Source of the DNA: an uncultured Acidimicrobiia bacterium
GTDB lineage: Bacteria > Actinomycetota > Acidimicrobiia > Spongiisociales > JAENVV01
Direction of reading: 5' to 3'
Length of the DNA stretch: 64,000 nucleotides
NCBI GenBank assembly: GCA_964600365.1
Contig: CAZRJG010000002.1
Coordinates: forward strand, 36,180 to 100,179
Shown: positions 43,848 to 53,517 of the stretch, in pieces
Position numbering within the stretch: position 1 is the first letter of the stretch
Layout: the number at the start of each line of letters is the position of its first letter
Translations under genes and position numbers: made by a program
Notes under the pieces: generated by a model
What the model saw: only the letters and a program-made list of their open reading frames with translations
Told to the model about the DNA's origin: nothing
The model's database searches: none

Positions 43848-45428
43848 CTACTCCAGCGCCATCACCTCGGCCGGATCCCGGCCGAGGTCACCGAGGAGCA
43901 CCCAAGCAGCGTTGCGGCCGGGCGCCCCGGTGATGGAACCCCCGGGGTGCGTGGTACCGCCCGTCTGGTAGAGGCCCGGGATCGGCATCCGATGCTGCGC
44001 CCACCCCGGCACGGGGCGCTGGGCCCCGGTGAACCCGATGCCCCGATCGCCTCCGTGGGGTGCTCCGTTGACCATGTGGCGGTTCTGCTGCTCGATGTCG
44101 AGCGGCGACTTCACCAGGCGTCCGAAGATGACCTCGTCGGTGAAGTTCGGCGCATGCCGACGAAGTGTCTCCAGTTGTCGGTCGAGGAGCTCGTTCTTCA
44201 CGGCACCCCATCGGGCAGGGCCGCCGCCCGGGTCGTAGGCATTGAACGTGACCATCTTCACGGTGTGGTTGCCGTCGGGGGCCCGGTTGGGATCGGCGAG
44301 GGTGGGCGTGGCAACGAGCAGAAAGGGCCATTCCTCGGTGAAGTACCCATCCGACACCTTCCGGGCGTTCCTCGTCTGGTCGTCGATCCACCCTGCGACG
44401 CCGGCGGACGCCGCCGACTGGGGGCCTGCGTGCGTCGTGAACTCGGGTGCTTCGGTCGCCGCGAAATACGCAGCAAAGAACGGAACCCCGACGTGATACG
44501 TCTCGACGCCGTACACGAAGTCCTCCCCCCACGCCTCGGCGGGGGCCATGTCCACCAGGTGCTTCACGTGGATGGTGGAGACGACCGCCTTGCGAGCACG
44601 CCACTCGCGGCCATCCTCGCTCCGGATCCCGACGCACCGGCCGTCCTCGAGGATGAGCTCGTCGACGACCACATCGCACTCGATCGTCGCTCCCCGGTTG
44701 GTGAGGTACCCGACGAGCGCATCGATGAGCTTGCCGGAACCACCCTTGGGGATCGACCAGCTCCTCGCCTGACGACCACTCACGATCTGATAGGCGAGGA
44801 GGCCTGAGCCAGCGCCGTCGATCGGCACGGCGGTCTGCGAGGCCATCCACGCCATGAAGGCCCGGGAGTGGGGATCCTCGAACTCGTGGAGGATGACATC
44901 CCGCGCGCTCATCATGCTCCGCCGCATCCAGATGTTGCCCCGCGGGTGCTCGACAAGGAGGTCGGCGGCGGTCGGTCCGCGCCCGGTCGGGCGGAACCGG
45001 GTCGCACCGAGGATCGCCTTCACCTCGTCGTACTCCTCGACGAGCCGGCGATACGCCGCAGCGTCCTTCTCCGAGTACCGGGCGAACTCGGCGCACGTCT
45101 TCTCGATGTCGAGCCACATGGTGAGCGCCTCACCATCGGGGAACGCCACCACCTCCACTGGGTCCGGATCGATGTACGACAAGCCGTACTGCGCGACGAG
45201 GCCCAACTCGTCCCTGCGGATGAGGGGGTTCACCTGGATCAGCGTGTGCCCCGTCGAGCAGGTGTCCACCATGTAGCCGGGGAAGACCTCCTCGGTCGTC
45301 GCCCCACCACCGGGGATCGGACGGGCGTCGACGATGGCGCACTCATAGCCGGCAGCGGCGAGGTAGGCCGCTGTGATGAGGCTGTTGTGCCCGGCCCCGG
45401 CAATGACGATGTCGGCGGTCCGTGTCAC
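43848..45428 (-). CDS. NAD(P)/FAD-dependent oxidoreductase, phytoene-desaturase (CrtI)-like
   Basis: N-terminal Rossmann GAGHNSL...D and the 526-aa CrtI-family fold. Confidence 0.75.
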   Translation of the reverse strand: MTRTADIVIAGAGHNSLITAAYLAAAGYECAIVDARPIPGGGATTEEVFPGYMVDTCSTGHTLIQVNPLIRRDELGLVAQYGLSYIDPDPVEVVAFPDGEALTMWLDIEKTCAEFARYSEKDAAAYRRLVEEYDEVKAILGATRFRPTGRGPTAADLLVEHPRGNIWMRRSMMSARDVILHEFEDPHSRAFMAWMASQTAVPIDGAGSGLLAYQIVSGRQARSWSIPKGGSGKLIDALVGYLTNRGATIECDVVVDELILEDGRCVGIRSEDGREWRARKAVVSTIHVKHLVDMAPAEAWGEDFVYGVETYHVGVPFFAAYFAATEAPEFTTHAGPQSAASAGVAGWIDDQTRNARKVSDGYFTEEWPFLLVATPTLADPNRAPDGNHTVKMVTFNAYDPGGGPARWGAVKNELLDRQLETLRRHAPNFTDEVIFGRLVKSPLDIEQQNRHMVNGAPHGGDRGIGFTGAQRPVPGWAQHRMPIPGLYQTGGTTHPGGSITGAPGRNAAWVLLGDLGRDPAEVMALE

Positions 45429-45484
45429 GAAGGGTTCTCCCGGGGTTGGTCTGTCGCCACCCTACAAAGGATTGCAGCGGCTCG

Positions 45485-46129
45485 TCACAGGACCCTGCTG
45501 GCGACCTCCACGACTTCCGACGGCTCGGCACGAACCCGATGGTTGAGGTCGATGAAGTCGTACCGGATCATCCCCTCCGTGTCGATCACGTAGGTCGCCG
45601 GGAGCGGGAGCAGCCACCGTTCGTTCCCATTCATCGCAGCGAGGTCACGATCGTGGTTGCGGTAGTACTCGACCTGTTCGGGGACCATCTCGTACACGAG
45701 GTTGAACGACGCGGCCACCTCGCTCCCCACGTCGGAGAGGACGGGAAAGGTGAGCTCAGCCTCGTCCACGAGCGCGAGCGACACATCGGGGAGGTTCGGC
45801 GAAACCGCGACAAGGGTCACTCCTGCGGCTTCCGCCGACTCGAGCGCCCTCTGCAGCGCCCGGAGTTCCAAGTTGCAGAAGGGGCACCACGACCCGCGGT
45901 AGAAGGAGAGCACGACCGGTCCCGCGACGAGGAGGTCGGAGAGCGCGACCGGACTGCCATGCGCATCCGGCAAGGTGAACATCGGCGCGGAATCGCCTGC
46001 GCGGAGGGCCTTCTCGAGGAGGTCGGATGCCGCCAGCGCCTCGGCCTGGGCTCGGTACACGGCCGCTCGTTCGGCGTCGAACGACTTCGCCCCAGCGGCA
46101 CGCGCCGCCAGCTCATCCCTCAATGACAA
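45485..46129 (-). CDS. Peroxiredoxin-like / AhpC-TSA family redoxin
   Basis: Thioredoxin fold with WCPFC. Confidence 0.75.
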   Translation of the reverse strand: MSLRDELAARAAGAKSFDAERAAVYRAQAEALAASDLLEKALRAGDSAPMFTLPDAHGSPVALSDLLVAGPVVLSFYRGSWCPFCNLELRALQRALESAEAAGVTLVAVSPNLPDVSLALVDEAELTFPVLSDVGSEVAASFNLVYEMVPEQVEYYRNHDRDLAAMNGNERWLLPLPATYVIDTEGMIRYDFIDLNHRVRAEPSEVVEVASRVL

Positions 46130-46226
46130 CGTTGCACTCCTCGCGTCCGAGGCCCGATCCTACGGGCGAGGGGCATCGAAGCAAGGGCACCCAGGACGGA
46201 CGAAGCCCGTCGCGCCGATAGTGATC

Positions 46227-46272
46227 CCGCGTCCTTCGGGTGTAGTCCAACGGTGGAACGGGAGCTTTCCCA
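46227..46272 (+). pseudogene. Degenerate tRNA-Gly-like fragment (5' half only)
   Basis: CGGGTGTAGTCCAACGGTGGAACGGGAGCTTTCCCAACCCG is about 75% identical to positions 2-45 of the bona fide tRNA-Gly(CCC) at 52462. It cannot be folded into a cloverleaf. Confidence 0.35.
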
Positions 46273-46433
46273 ACCCGCGTTCTTGTTCGTTCTGGGCTTG
46301 CTTGGAAGGCATTCCGGAGTTCGTGCCCGTCAGGTTGCCCAACAGCCAACAGCAGTGACGGCCGCCCACCCGATTCCTCCCCAATCGGTGTCCTCGTGCC
46401 GCCACATGCCCGTGAGGGAGCGACCGGCGAGCG

Positions 46434-47105
46434 CTATCCCGGTCGATCTCGCAGGTAGGCGAGCACTGCGGCGACGCGCCGATGCGTGTCCGACTCGTCC
46501 GGGCTGAGGCCGAGCTTCACGAAGATCGAGTTGATGTGCTTCTCGACAGCCGACTGGCTCACGTACAGCGCGTCGGCAACTGCCTGGTTCGACTTTCCTT
46601 GCGCCATCTCGGCGAGGACGTCGAGTTCTCGCGCGGTGAGCGTGTCGAGCATCGACTCCGAGAGACGCCGCCTGCGGTTCACAAGGCCGTCTACGACCTT
46701 CGGGTCGATCACCGAGCCCCCATCGATGACCTCGCGGATCGCCCGGAGGAGTTCGGCGACGTCGCCGACGCGATCCTTCAGGAGGTAGGCAAGGCCTTCA
46801 GTACCGTCCTTGAAGAGGTCCAACGCGTACATGGCATTGGCGTGCTGCGAGAGGATCACGATGCCCACCCCCGGGTGGGCGCTGCGGATTCGGTGGGCGG
46901 CGTCGATCCCCTCGGTCTGGTGGGTTGGGGGCATACGGATGTCCACGATCGCCACGTGCGGGCGTTCATCAGCAAGGGCAGCGAGGAGATCCCTTGGGTT
47001 GTCGACCGACGCGACTACCTCGACCTCCCCAGTCGATTCGAGGAGTTGGCGCGTCCCCTCCCTGACGAGGAAGTGGTCCTCGGCGAGCACGGCTCGAATC
47101 ATGGT
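46434..47105 (-). CDS. NarL/FixJ-family response regulator (receiver + LuxR-type HTH)
   Basis: Receiver (AVLAEDH...VAIVDIRMP) and a LuxR HTH (LTARELDVLAEMAQGKSNQAVADALYVSQSAVEKH). Start at an internal Met. Confidence 0.85.
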   Translation of the reverse strand, partial: TMIRAVLAEDHFLVREGTRQLLESTGEVEVVASVDNPRDLLAALADERPHVAIVDIRMPPTHQTEGIDAAHRIRSAHPGVGIVILSQHANAMYALDLFKDGTEGLAYLLKDRVGDVAELLRAIREVIDGGSVIDPKVVDGLVNRRRRLSESMLDTLTARELDVLAEMAQGKSNQAVADALYVSQSAVEKHINSIFVKLGLSPDESDTHRRVAAVLAYLRDRPG

Positions 47106-49105
47106 GCCTCCGCCGGAAGCCAGGCCCGTACCGTGGTGCCCGAGCCCGATGCCGACTCGACGTCGAGGCCCCCACCGAGCGCCTCGCATCGATCCCGGAG
47201 GCCGGCAAGGCCGCGCTCGGGTACCGCCGCGGGATCGAAGCCGGGTCCGTCATCGGCGATCTCCACGACAAGGTTCTCTCCTGCGAGGAGGCTGACCCGC
47301 ACCCGTGCACTGGGCGCGTGCTTGAGGGCGTTCGCAAGTCCCTCCGACACCACGAACCACGCTGCGCCCTCGATGTCGGTGGCGAACCGTGCCTGTCGCA
47401 GCGCCGGGGCGACGCGGAGCCTGATCTCCCCCGGGAACGACGCAACGCGCTCCTCGACCGCTTCGACGAGGCCCCCATCGGACAACACTGAGGGGTGGAT
47501 CCCTTGGGCCAGGTCACGGAGGTCCCCGAGGATCCGCTGCGCCTCGGCCTGCAGCTCCGAGAGCGCGCTCGGGTCCAGCGCGTCCGACTCGGCCTGTGAT
47601 CGCGCCATCCCGAGACGGGCGATGAGAGCCACGAGTTCCTGCTGCGTGCCGTCGTGGATGTTGCGCTCTATCCGACGGCGCTCTTCCTCTTGAGCAGAGA
47701 CGATCCGACCCGCGAGGCGCGCCGAGCCGATCGCCATCGCCGCCTGGGAGGCGAGCGTGTCGATGAGGCGTCGGTCGGCGGTCCCGAAAGGCCTGTCGGT
47801 CTTGCGGCCACACTCCACCGACCCAAGGCGCGTCTCTCGGTAGATGAGCGGCACGACGACCTCGGGCAGACCGGTCACACTTCCCACCATCGCAGTCTCA
47901 TCGCCCGCGATGACCCGGACCCACTCGAGTCGCAATGCGTCGCGCAGCGTCGACGCGAGACGGGGAAGCACCTCATCCGGGTGCTCCTCGGTGAGTCCCG
48001 CAAGGACCTCGAAGGGATCGGCACGCTCACCGAAGAGCGTTCGGTCCGCCCACGAAACGAGGCGCTGACGGGCAGGCTGAAAGGCGATCGCTCCGAGCAC
48101 CGCGAGGACCACAGCTAGGTCGCCACCGATCCGGTCATCGGCGGCGACGCCGAACGCCGTGGCAACCCCCACCCACAAGAGCATCACGGAGACCGAAAAC
48201 ACCGAGAAGACAAGCGACTTCCGTGCAAGTGAGTCCCTTCGTATCCATTCCGGCTCGAGGACGGCGATGGCGATCGAGAGTGGCCCGACCGCCATCGGCA
48301 GGGAAAGGAGGGCGAGGAGCACACCATGGGTGAGCAGTGGCATAGCCCCGAGCGCCCCGAGGCTGTAGGTGCCGATGCCGACGACGACCGTGGTGCCAAG
48401 CCCGTACAGGATCCACCGCAGCCGTCGCCGATCGCGTTCATCGCTCTCGCGGAAGCGACGCCACACGAGCCACATTCCCCCCAGGATGAGGATGCCGTGG
48501 GACTCGAATGCCATCACGGAAACGGGGCCGAGACCCGCCCAACTCTCCACGAAGAAGGGACTCGCCACCTCGAGACCGTCGAACTCGATGGAACGGTGGT
48601 AGGCCAGGGGGTTCGTCATGAGGACGAGCGGCCCGATGAGCACGGTCCACCACATCCATCGCAAACCCTTGGGTCGACCGGACCGATCCCACTCTCCGTC
48701 GGGGAGCGACGCGCAGAGCATGGTGAGCAGCACCACCCCGAGTAGACCGCCAACAAGGGTGAGCGCGACCGGAATCCACATCCAGTCCGCGACACCGGAC
48801 CGACTGATCGACCTGGCAACGATCCCTTCGAGTCCGAACGGAAGTGCAAGCGTCAGCAGGGCTGCCCACGTGAGCAGCTCTCCCGCACGGTTCCCGGGAC
48901 GGCGGAGCACGATCCACGCCCCAGCGAGGAAGAACGGCCCAGGGCCGGTGATGAGCCAGATGAAGTGGATCCATCCGGGCTCCACGCCTGCCGATGGCAG
49001 GGCAGCACCGGCGAGGAGCGCGAACGCACCGAGGACGAGCGCGACGAGTATCGATGGTCGGGCCACGGGTCGATTGTCGCCCACCGAGGTGGGGCCGTCC
49101 ACCAC
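47099..49105 (-). CDS. Sensor histidine kinase (HisKA_3/NarX-type) with a large polytopic N-terminal membrane domain
   Basis: H-box (NIHDGTQQELVAL), HATPase_c at the C-terminus, about 10 TM helices; overlaps the response regulator start. Confidence 0.8.
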   Translation of the reverse strand: MVDGPTSVGDNRPVARPSILVALVLGAFALLAGAALPSAGVEPGWIHFIWLITGPGPFFLAGAWIVLRRPGNRAGELLTWAALLTLALPFGLEGIVARSISRSGVADWMWIPVALTLVGGLLGVVLLTMLCASLPDGEWDRSGRPKGLRWMWWTVLIGPLVLMTNPLAYHRSIEFDGLEVASPFFVESWAGLGPVSVMAFESHGILILGGMWLVWRRFRESDERDRRRLRWILYGLGTTVVVGIGTYSLGALGAMPLLTHGVLLALLSLPMAVGPLSIAIAVLEPEWIRRDSLARKSLVFSVFSVSVMLLWVGVATAFGVAADDRIGGDLAVVLAVLGAIAFQPARQRLVSWADRTLFGERADPFEVLAGLTEEHPDEVLPRLASTLRDALRLEWVRVIAGDETAMVGSVTGLPEVVVPLIYRETRLGSVECGRKTDRPFGTADRRLIDTLASQAAMAIGSARLAGRIVSAQEEERRRIERNIHDGTQQELVALIARLGMARSQAESDALDPSALSELQAEAQRILGDLRDLAQGIHPSVLSDGGLVEAVEERVASFPGEIRLRVAPALRQARFATDIEGAAWFVVSEGLANALKHAPSARVRVSLLAGENLVVEIADDGPGFDPAAVPERGLAGLRDRCEALGGGLDVESASGSGTTVRAWLPAEAP

Positions 49106-49219
49106 ACCTCCCCCATTTCGACCCTGTGGCAGTCCACACCCCCGAAGTCAGGTGGGCACGGTTCCCGACGACACAACCACCTCATACGTTGGGGGCACCC
49201 CACCAACGGAGGAGTCACC

Positions 49220-49816
49220 ATGGACACGAAGGTCGGCGCGATCGTCACCCTCATCCTGTTCGGAGCGGCCGCCACGCCGCTTGCATCAATGGAGTACCTG
49301 CCCACAGCCGAGCAATCGCTCACATTCCTCATCGAGAAGGAGACGGCGCTCGTGGTCAGCTCCTACTTGTTCGGTCTCGCCTCCGTCGCCCTGGTCTGGG
49401 TGACGAGCCGCCTCCGTTCCCACATCGGCGATTCAGAAGGCGCAGGGACTGCAGCGGTGACCGGCGCTGGTCTTGCCGCCGTGGCCATGCTCGTGGGTCC
49501 GTTCATCGCAATCCCCCAGGCGGCCCGAGCCGCTGCCGGTGAACTCGACGCCATGCTGGCAACCGTCTCCATCGACCTCCTGAGCGTCGGACTCGGCAAC
49601 GTCGCTGCCTACGGCTTCGCGCTCATCGCAGTCGGTCTCGGGTTCGCTGGCATGCGCTCGGGGCGACTCCCCCGCTGGATCGTCGTCAGTGGGTTCGCCC
49701 TCGCCGCCGTGCTCCTCACGCCCATCCAGTGGGCGGCAGGCCTCATCGTCCCGATCTGGCTGGTCGCTACCGCCTTCCTGGTGCGGACCGACGACCGGGT
49801 GAAGGCGCTCGTATGA
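49220..49816 (+). CDS. Hypothetical integral membrane protein
   Basis: GGAGG SD 8 nt upstream of the ATG; 5-6 TM helices. Confidence 0.5.
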   Translation: MDTKVGAIVTLILFGAAATPLASMEYLPTAEQSLTFLIEKETALVVSSYLFGLASVALVWVTSRLRSHIGDSEGAGTAAVTGAGLAAVAMLVGPFIAIPQAARAAAGELDAMLATVSIDLLSVGLGNVAAYGFALIAVGLGFAGMRSGRLPRWIVVSGFALAAVLLTPIQWAAGLIVPIWLVATAFLVRTDDRVKALV

Positions 49817-50742
49817 ACGAGCGCTCCTACCGCCTCGCTGAGCAGCGCCTCTGGGCCTCCTATGGAATCGAGCCGAGCGAGCAGCGCGTCCGACTCGCCT
49901 GCACCGGTACCGAGGTGCGGGTCCAGGAGGTCGGCGCGGGAACGCCGATCATCTTCATCCACGGGGGACCGAACGCGGGAGCGACGTGGGCTCCGATGCT
50001 CCCGTACCTCGATGGGTACCGATGCCTCCTCCTCGACCGCCCGGGAACCGGCCTGAGTGACCCCTACACCCTCAACGTGGAGCACCTCCGAAGCATCGCC
50101 AGCCGGTTCGTGGCCGACGTCCTCGATGGGCTCGAGCTCGAGTCGGCCGACGTGATCGCCTCTTCCTTCGGCGGCATGCTCGCCCTGTACTCGGCGGCAG
50201 CCACACCCAATCGGTTCGATCGCATGGTGCAGATGGCGGCCCCCGCGATGGCACCGGGCTCACCGCTCCCACCGTTCATGCGGCTCGTCTCGATGGGATG
50301 GGTGCGATCCCTCCTCGATCGCCTCCCGCGGAGCCCAAAGGCAACAGAGATGATCATGCGCCAGCTCGGCCACGGGAAGAGCGTCGACGCGGGACTCCTC
50401 CCGGCTCCACTCATGGAGTGGTACGAGAAGCTCATGGAACACACCGAAACCCAGGCGAGCGACGGTGCGATCATCGGCCAGGTCGCGACTCCGTTCGGGT
50501 TCCGCCGCGAGTACGACATCCCCTGGGACACGCTCGGGCAGATCACAGTTCCGACGCTCTACGTGTGGGGGATCGAAGACGGCTTCGGCGGCGAGCACGT
50601 TGCCCGTCCGCTCGTCGAAGCCATGCCCAAGGCCGAACTCGTGATGCTCCCCGACACGGGACACCTTCCCTGGTTCGACAAGGCGGAGGACGCCGCACGT
50701 CTCAGTATCCAGTTCCTCCAAAGACAGCACGAGGACGCCTGA
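49813..50742 (+). CDS. Alpha/beta hydrolase fold protein
   Basis: HGGP oxyanion motif, nucleophile elbow SSFGG; ATGA overlap with the upstream gene. Confidence 0.75.
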   Translation: MNERSYRLAEQRLWASYGIEPSEQRVRLACTGTEVRVQEVGAGTPIIFIHGGPNAGATWAPMLPYLDGYRCLLLDRPGTGLSDPYTLNVEHLRSIASRFVADVLDGLELESADVIASSFGGMLALYSAAATPNRFDRMVQMAAPAMAPGSPLPPFMRLVSMGWVRSLLDRLPRSPKATEMIMRQLGHGKSVDAGLLPAPLMEWYEKLMEHTETQASDGAIIGQVATPFGFRREYDIPWDTLGQITVPTLYVWGIEDGFGGEHVARPLVEAMPKAELVMLPDTGHLPWFDKAEDAARLSIQFLQRQHEDA

Positions 50743-51377
50743 TGGGCATCGGGATGCGCTGGCTCTACCGGACGTGGTACCGGTGGGGGACGCCACCGTG
50801 GGTGATGGGACCGAGAGAGGAGCTGGTGCGCCTCCTCGCCGAGGACATCGTCCCCGTGGGTCGAGCGCTCGACCTGGGGTGTGGGACTGGTGCGAACGCC
50901 ATCCACCTCGCCGAGCACGGTTACGAGACGACCGGAATCGACTACGCCGACTCCGCAATCGACCGGGCAAGGGAGTCGGCGGCCGAAGCCGGAGTCGACG
51001 TCCGGTTCGTCGTCGGGGACGTCACGGACATGCCCGAGGTCGAAGGTCCCTTCGACCTCGTCGTGGACTACGGCACCTTCGACGACCTCCCCGATGCACA
51101 GCGACCGGCGGCCGTGCAGGAGATCCTCCGGGTCACCGAGCCGGGCTCCCGCGTGCTGCTCTGGTGCTTCGAGAAGGACCGGGACCGCTGGGCGCCCTTG
51201 TGGAGAACCGTCTTCGGCGGCGAGGGTTCCCTCCGACCCGGGGAGGCCGAGGCGAGCTTCGCTCCCTGGTTCGACGTGGAGTGCATCGGGCGGGGCGAGA
51301 CCGATCACCCCCTGATGCCACACTGGGCTGCGTACCTGCTCCAGCGGACCCACGATCGGGACGGTGTGCACCGATGA
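50742..51377 (+). CDS. Class I SAM-dependent methyltransferase
   Basis: Motif I LDLGCGTG and the acidic motif-II loop; ATGA overlap. Confidence 0.75.
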   Translation: MGIGMRWLYRTWYRWGTPPWVMGPREELVRLLAEDIVPVGRALDLGCGTGANAIHLAEHGYETTGIDYADSAIDRARESAAEAGVDVRFVVGDVTDMPEVEGPFDLVVDYGTFDDLPDAQRPAAVQEILRVTEPGSRVLLWCFEKDRDRWAPLWRTVFGGEGSLRPGEAEASFAPWFDVECIGRGETDHPLMPHWAAYLLQRTHDRDGVHR

Positions 51378-52243
51378 GGCTCTGGATCAAGATCCCACTC
51401 TGGATCGTCGGCGTGCTCGTCCTAGCTGTCGCATTCGCGTGGGGAAACGGCGAGCGGGTGCTCGCCCAGCGCGTCGAGCTGCCGGCAGTCGATACTCCAG
51501 AGGTGTCGTTCGACGAGGCGTCGCTCGCCCGGGGCGAGCACCTCGCAAGAGCCGTGTCGGCGTGCGCCGACTGCCACACACCCGACCTCGGCGGAAATCC
51601 CAAGTGGGCCCTCGAGCCGGGGTTACTCCCCACCCCGAACCTCACCCCGAGCGGCGTCGGCGCCGACTACTCGGAGGAGGATTGGGCGAGGGTGCTACGC
51701 AAGGGCATCGCCGTCGATGGCCGGCGCCTTCTGATCATGCCCTCCCAGGCGTACGCAGCGATGTCGGACGATGACCTCGGCGATCTCATCGCCTTTCTCA
51801 TGTCCGTCCCTGCGGTGGAACGAGAGATTCCACCACGAGACGGGAAGTTCCTTGCATCGCTGCTCGTGGGAGTCGGCGGATTCCCGACGGCCGACCAACT
51901 CGCCGGAGGCACGCATCCGATGGCACCCATCGAGGCAGTCGACGCCTCGTACGGCGAGTACCTCACGAAGATCGCTGACTGCGCTGCCTGCCACGGGCCG
52001 AACCTCGCCGGAAACTCAGGCCCAGGAGGCGCGCCCGGCGTGAACATCACGCCGGGCGGAGACGTCGACGAGTGGACCTCTGAGGAGTTCCTCACCCTTT
52101 TCCGGACGGCCCTCAGACCCGATGGCACCACGGTCGCGCAGATGCCCATCGCGGATGCCTATATGGGCATGACAGACGACGAGATCGAGGCAATCCGGCT
52201 CTATCTGCTCTCGCTCCCCGACCTCGAGGACGAAGGGCCCTAA
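51374..52243 (+). CDS. Membrane-anchored diheme c-type cytochrome
   Basis: N-terminal TM anchor and two CxxCH motifs (CADCH, CAACH). Confidence 0.75.
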   Translation: MRLWIKIPLWIVGVLVLAVAFAWGNGERVLAQRVELPAVDTPEVSFDEASLARGEHLARAVSACADCHTPDLGGNPKWALEPGLLPTPNLTPSGVGADYSEEDWARVLRKGIAVDGRRLLIMPSQAYAAMSDDDLGDLIAFLMSVPAVEREIPPRDGKFLASLLVGVGGFPTADQLAGGTHPMAPIEAVDASYGEYLTKIADCAACHGPNLAGNSGPGGAPGVNITPGGDVDEWTSEEFLTLFRTALRPDGTTVAQMPIADAYMGMTDDEIEAIRLYLLSLPDLEDEGP

Positions 52244-52461
52244 CCGCACCTCAATGCCTGACCCCACCAGAGAGGGGCGCGCGGTGCTGCTCGACATCGA
52301 GCGTGGTGCGATCCGCTTCGCGTGCTCCGTTTCGTGATGTGGGGCCTGCAAACGGCCTTCTCGACCACCTTGGCGACGCACTCGTCGCTGTTGCAGAGGC
52401 ATCGTCAGACGGCAGGCCGGAGCGCACGAACCCCGCCGAACGGGCTACGATTCGCCGTCCT

Positions 52462-52535
52462 GCGGGTGTAGTTCAATGGTAGAACACGAGCTTCCCAAGC
52501 TTGAAACGCGGGTTCGATTCCCGTCACCCGCTCCA
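52462..52535 (+). tRNA. tRNA-Gly (anticodon CCC)
   Basis: Manual fold: acceptor GCGGGTG/CACCCGC, D-arm GTTC-AATGGTA-GAAC, anticodon stem CGAGC/GCTTG with loop TTCCCAA, T-arm GCGGG-TTCGATT-CCCGT, encoded CCA. Confidence 0.9.
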
Positions 52536-52621
52536 CACCGCACAAGCTCCCAACGAGCCCGAACACGAGGCCCTCACCAAGAGCTTTCCGCCCCTCGATC
52601 CAGGTCCCCCCGGATGGGGGG

Positions 52622-53028
52622 ATGGGACCCACGGCCCGCAGGGGCGTGGGAGGGGGGAGGAACATCTGTCACCCCCCTCCCGTTCGCTGCGCTCACGGGT
52701 CCCGTCCCCTCAGGGGGGACCCGCCACGCTGCCTCACCGACCTCTACGATCATCTCATGGTCGTTGAATCCATCACGCAGGACCGGGAAGAGGCCGAGCT
52801 CTGCATCCAGCGGCTCCGCATCGTTGAGGACCCGCCCGAGGCGCTCGTTGCGTCCATCGCATTCCCGTAAGAGAACGACACGATCAGCGTCAACGTGTGG
52901 GACACCCCTGGCGCCGTCGCCGACAACTACATCGAGCGCGTGGCACCACTGATCGAGGAACTCGGGGAGCCCAAGACGGGGAAGCCGTATCGGCACGGGC
53001 CGCCTGTCCACGTCTACTCCCGCAGGTG
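52622..53028 (+). pseudogene. Decayed gene fragments (two frames) downstream of tRNA-Gly
   Basis: Frame A reads ...LTDLYDHLMVVESITQDREEAELCIQRLRIVEDPPEALVASIAFP(stop). The adjacent frame B reads ENDTISVNVWDTPGAVADNYIERVAPLIEELGEPKTGKPYRHGPPVHVYSRR(stop). Both look protein-like, but there is no start and no continuity. Confidence 0.3.
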
Positions 53029-53084
53029 AACCGGTAACCACCCACATCCGTTCGATGTCCTAACTTCGAAAGAAGGGAAGAGAC

Positions 53085-53465
53085 ATGACATCGAATCGCA
53101 CGCTTTGGATCCTGCAGTGGGTCTTCGGGCTCTACTTCATCGGGGTGGGGATCACCCACTTCACCGTGCCCGAGGGACTCCCAGCAATGATGGGATGGAT
53201 GTACGACCTCTCCGACGGGCTCCACCTGGCGTCTGGCACAGCCGAAATCCTCGGCGGTCTCGGCCTCATCCTGCCCGGCCTCACGAAGATCCGGCCCGAG
53301 CTCACGCGGCTCGCCGCCGGCGGGCTCGTGCTCGTCATGATCGGCGCAGCGATCTGGCACCTCGGCCAAGAGGACCAGATGCAGAACGTCGTCTTCAACG
53401 TCGTGATCGCCGCCTTCATGGCCTGGATCGCCTACGGCCGCACGAAGAACCCGCTCACGACCTAG
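53085..53465 (+). CDS. DoxX family membrane protein
   Basis: Four-TM DoxX pattern; SD GAAGGGAAGAG upstream. Confidence 0.75.
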   Translation: MTSNRTLWILQWVFGLYFIGVGITHFTVPEGLPAMMGWMYDLSDGLHLASGTAEILGGLGLILPGLTKIRPELTRLAAGGLVLVMIGAAIWHLGQEDQMQNVVFNVVIAAFMAWIAYGRTKNPLTT

Positions 53466-53517
53466 AGCTTCCCCTGCGCCTCCGGGGAGTGCACGGGCGC
53501 CGTTGCGACGGCGCCCG

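Noticed and set aside
46130-46433. tRNA-Sec (selC) in the long spacer, given selAB are in the window
   Set aside because: No UCA anticodon loop, no 8-bp acceptor or long variable arm could be built. The tRNA-like stretch is clearly Gly-derived (CCCAA loop remnant).
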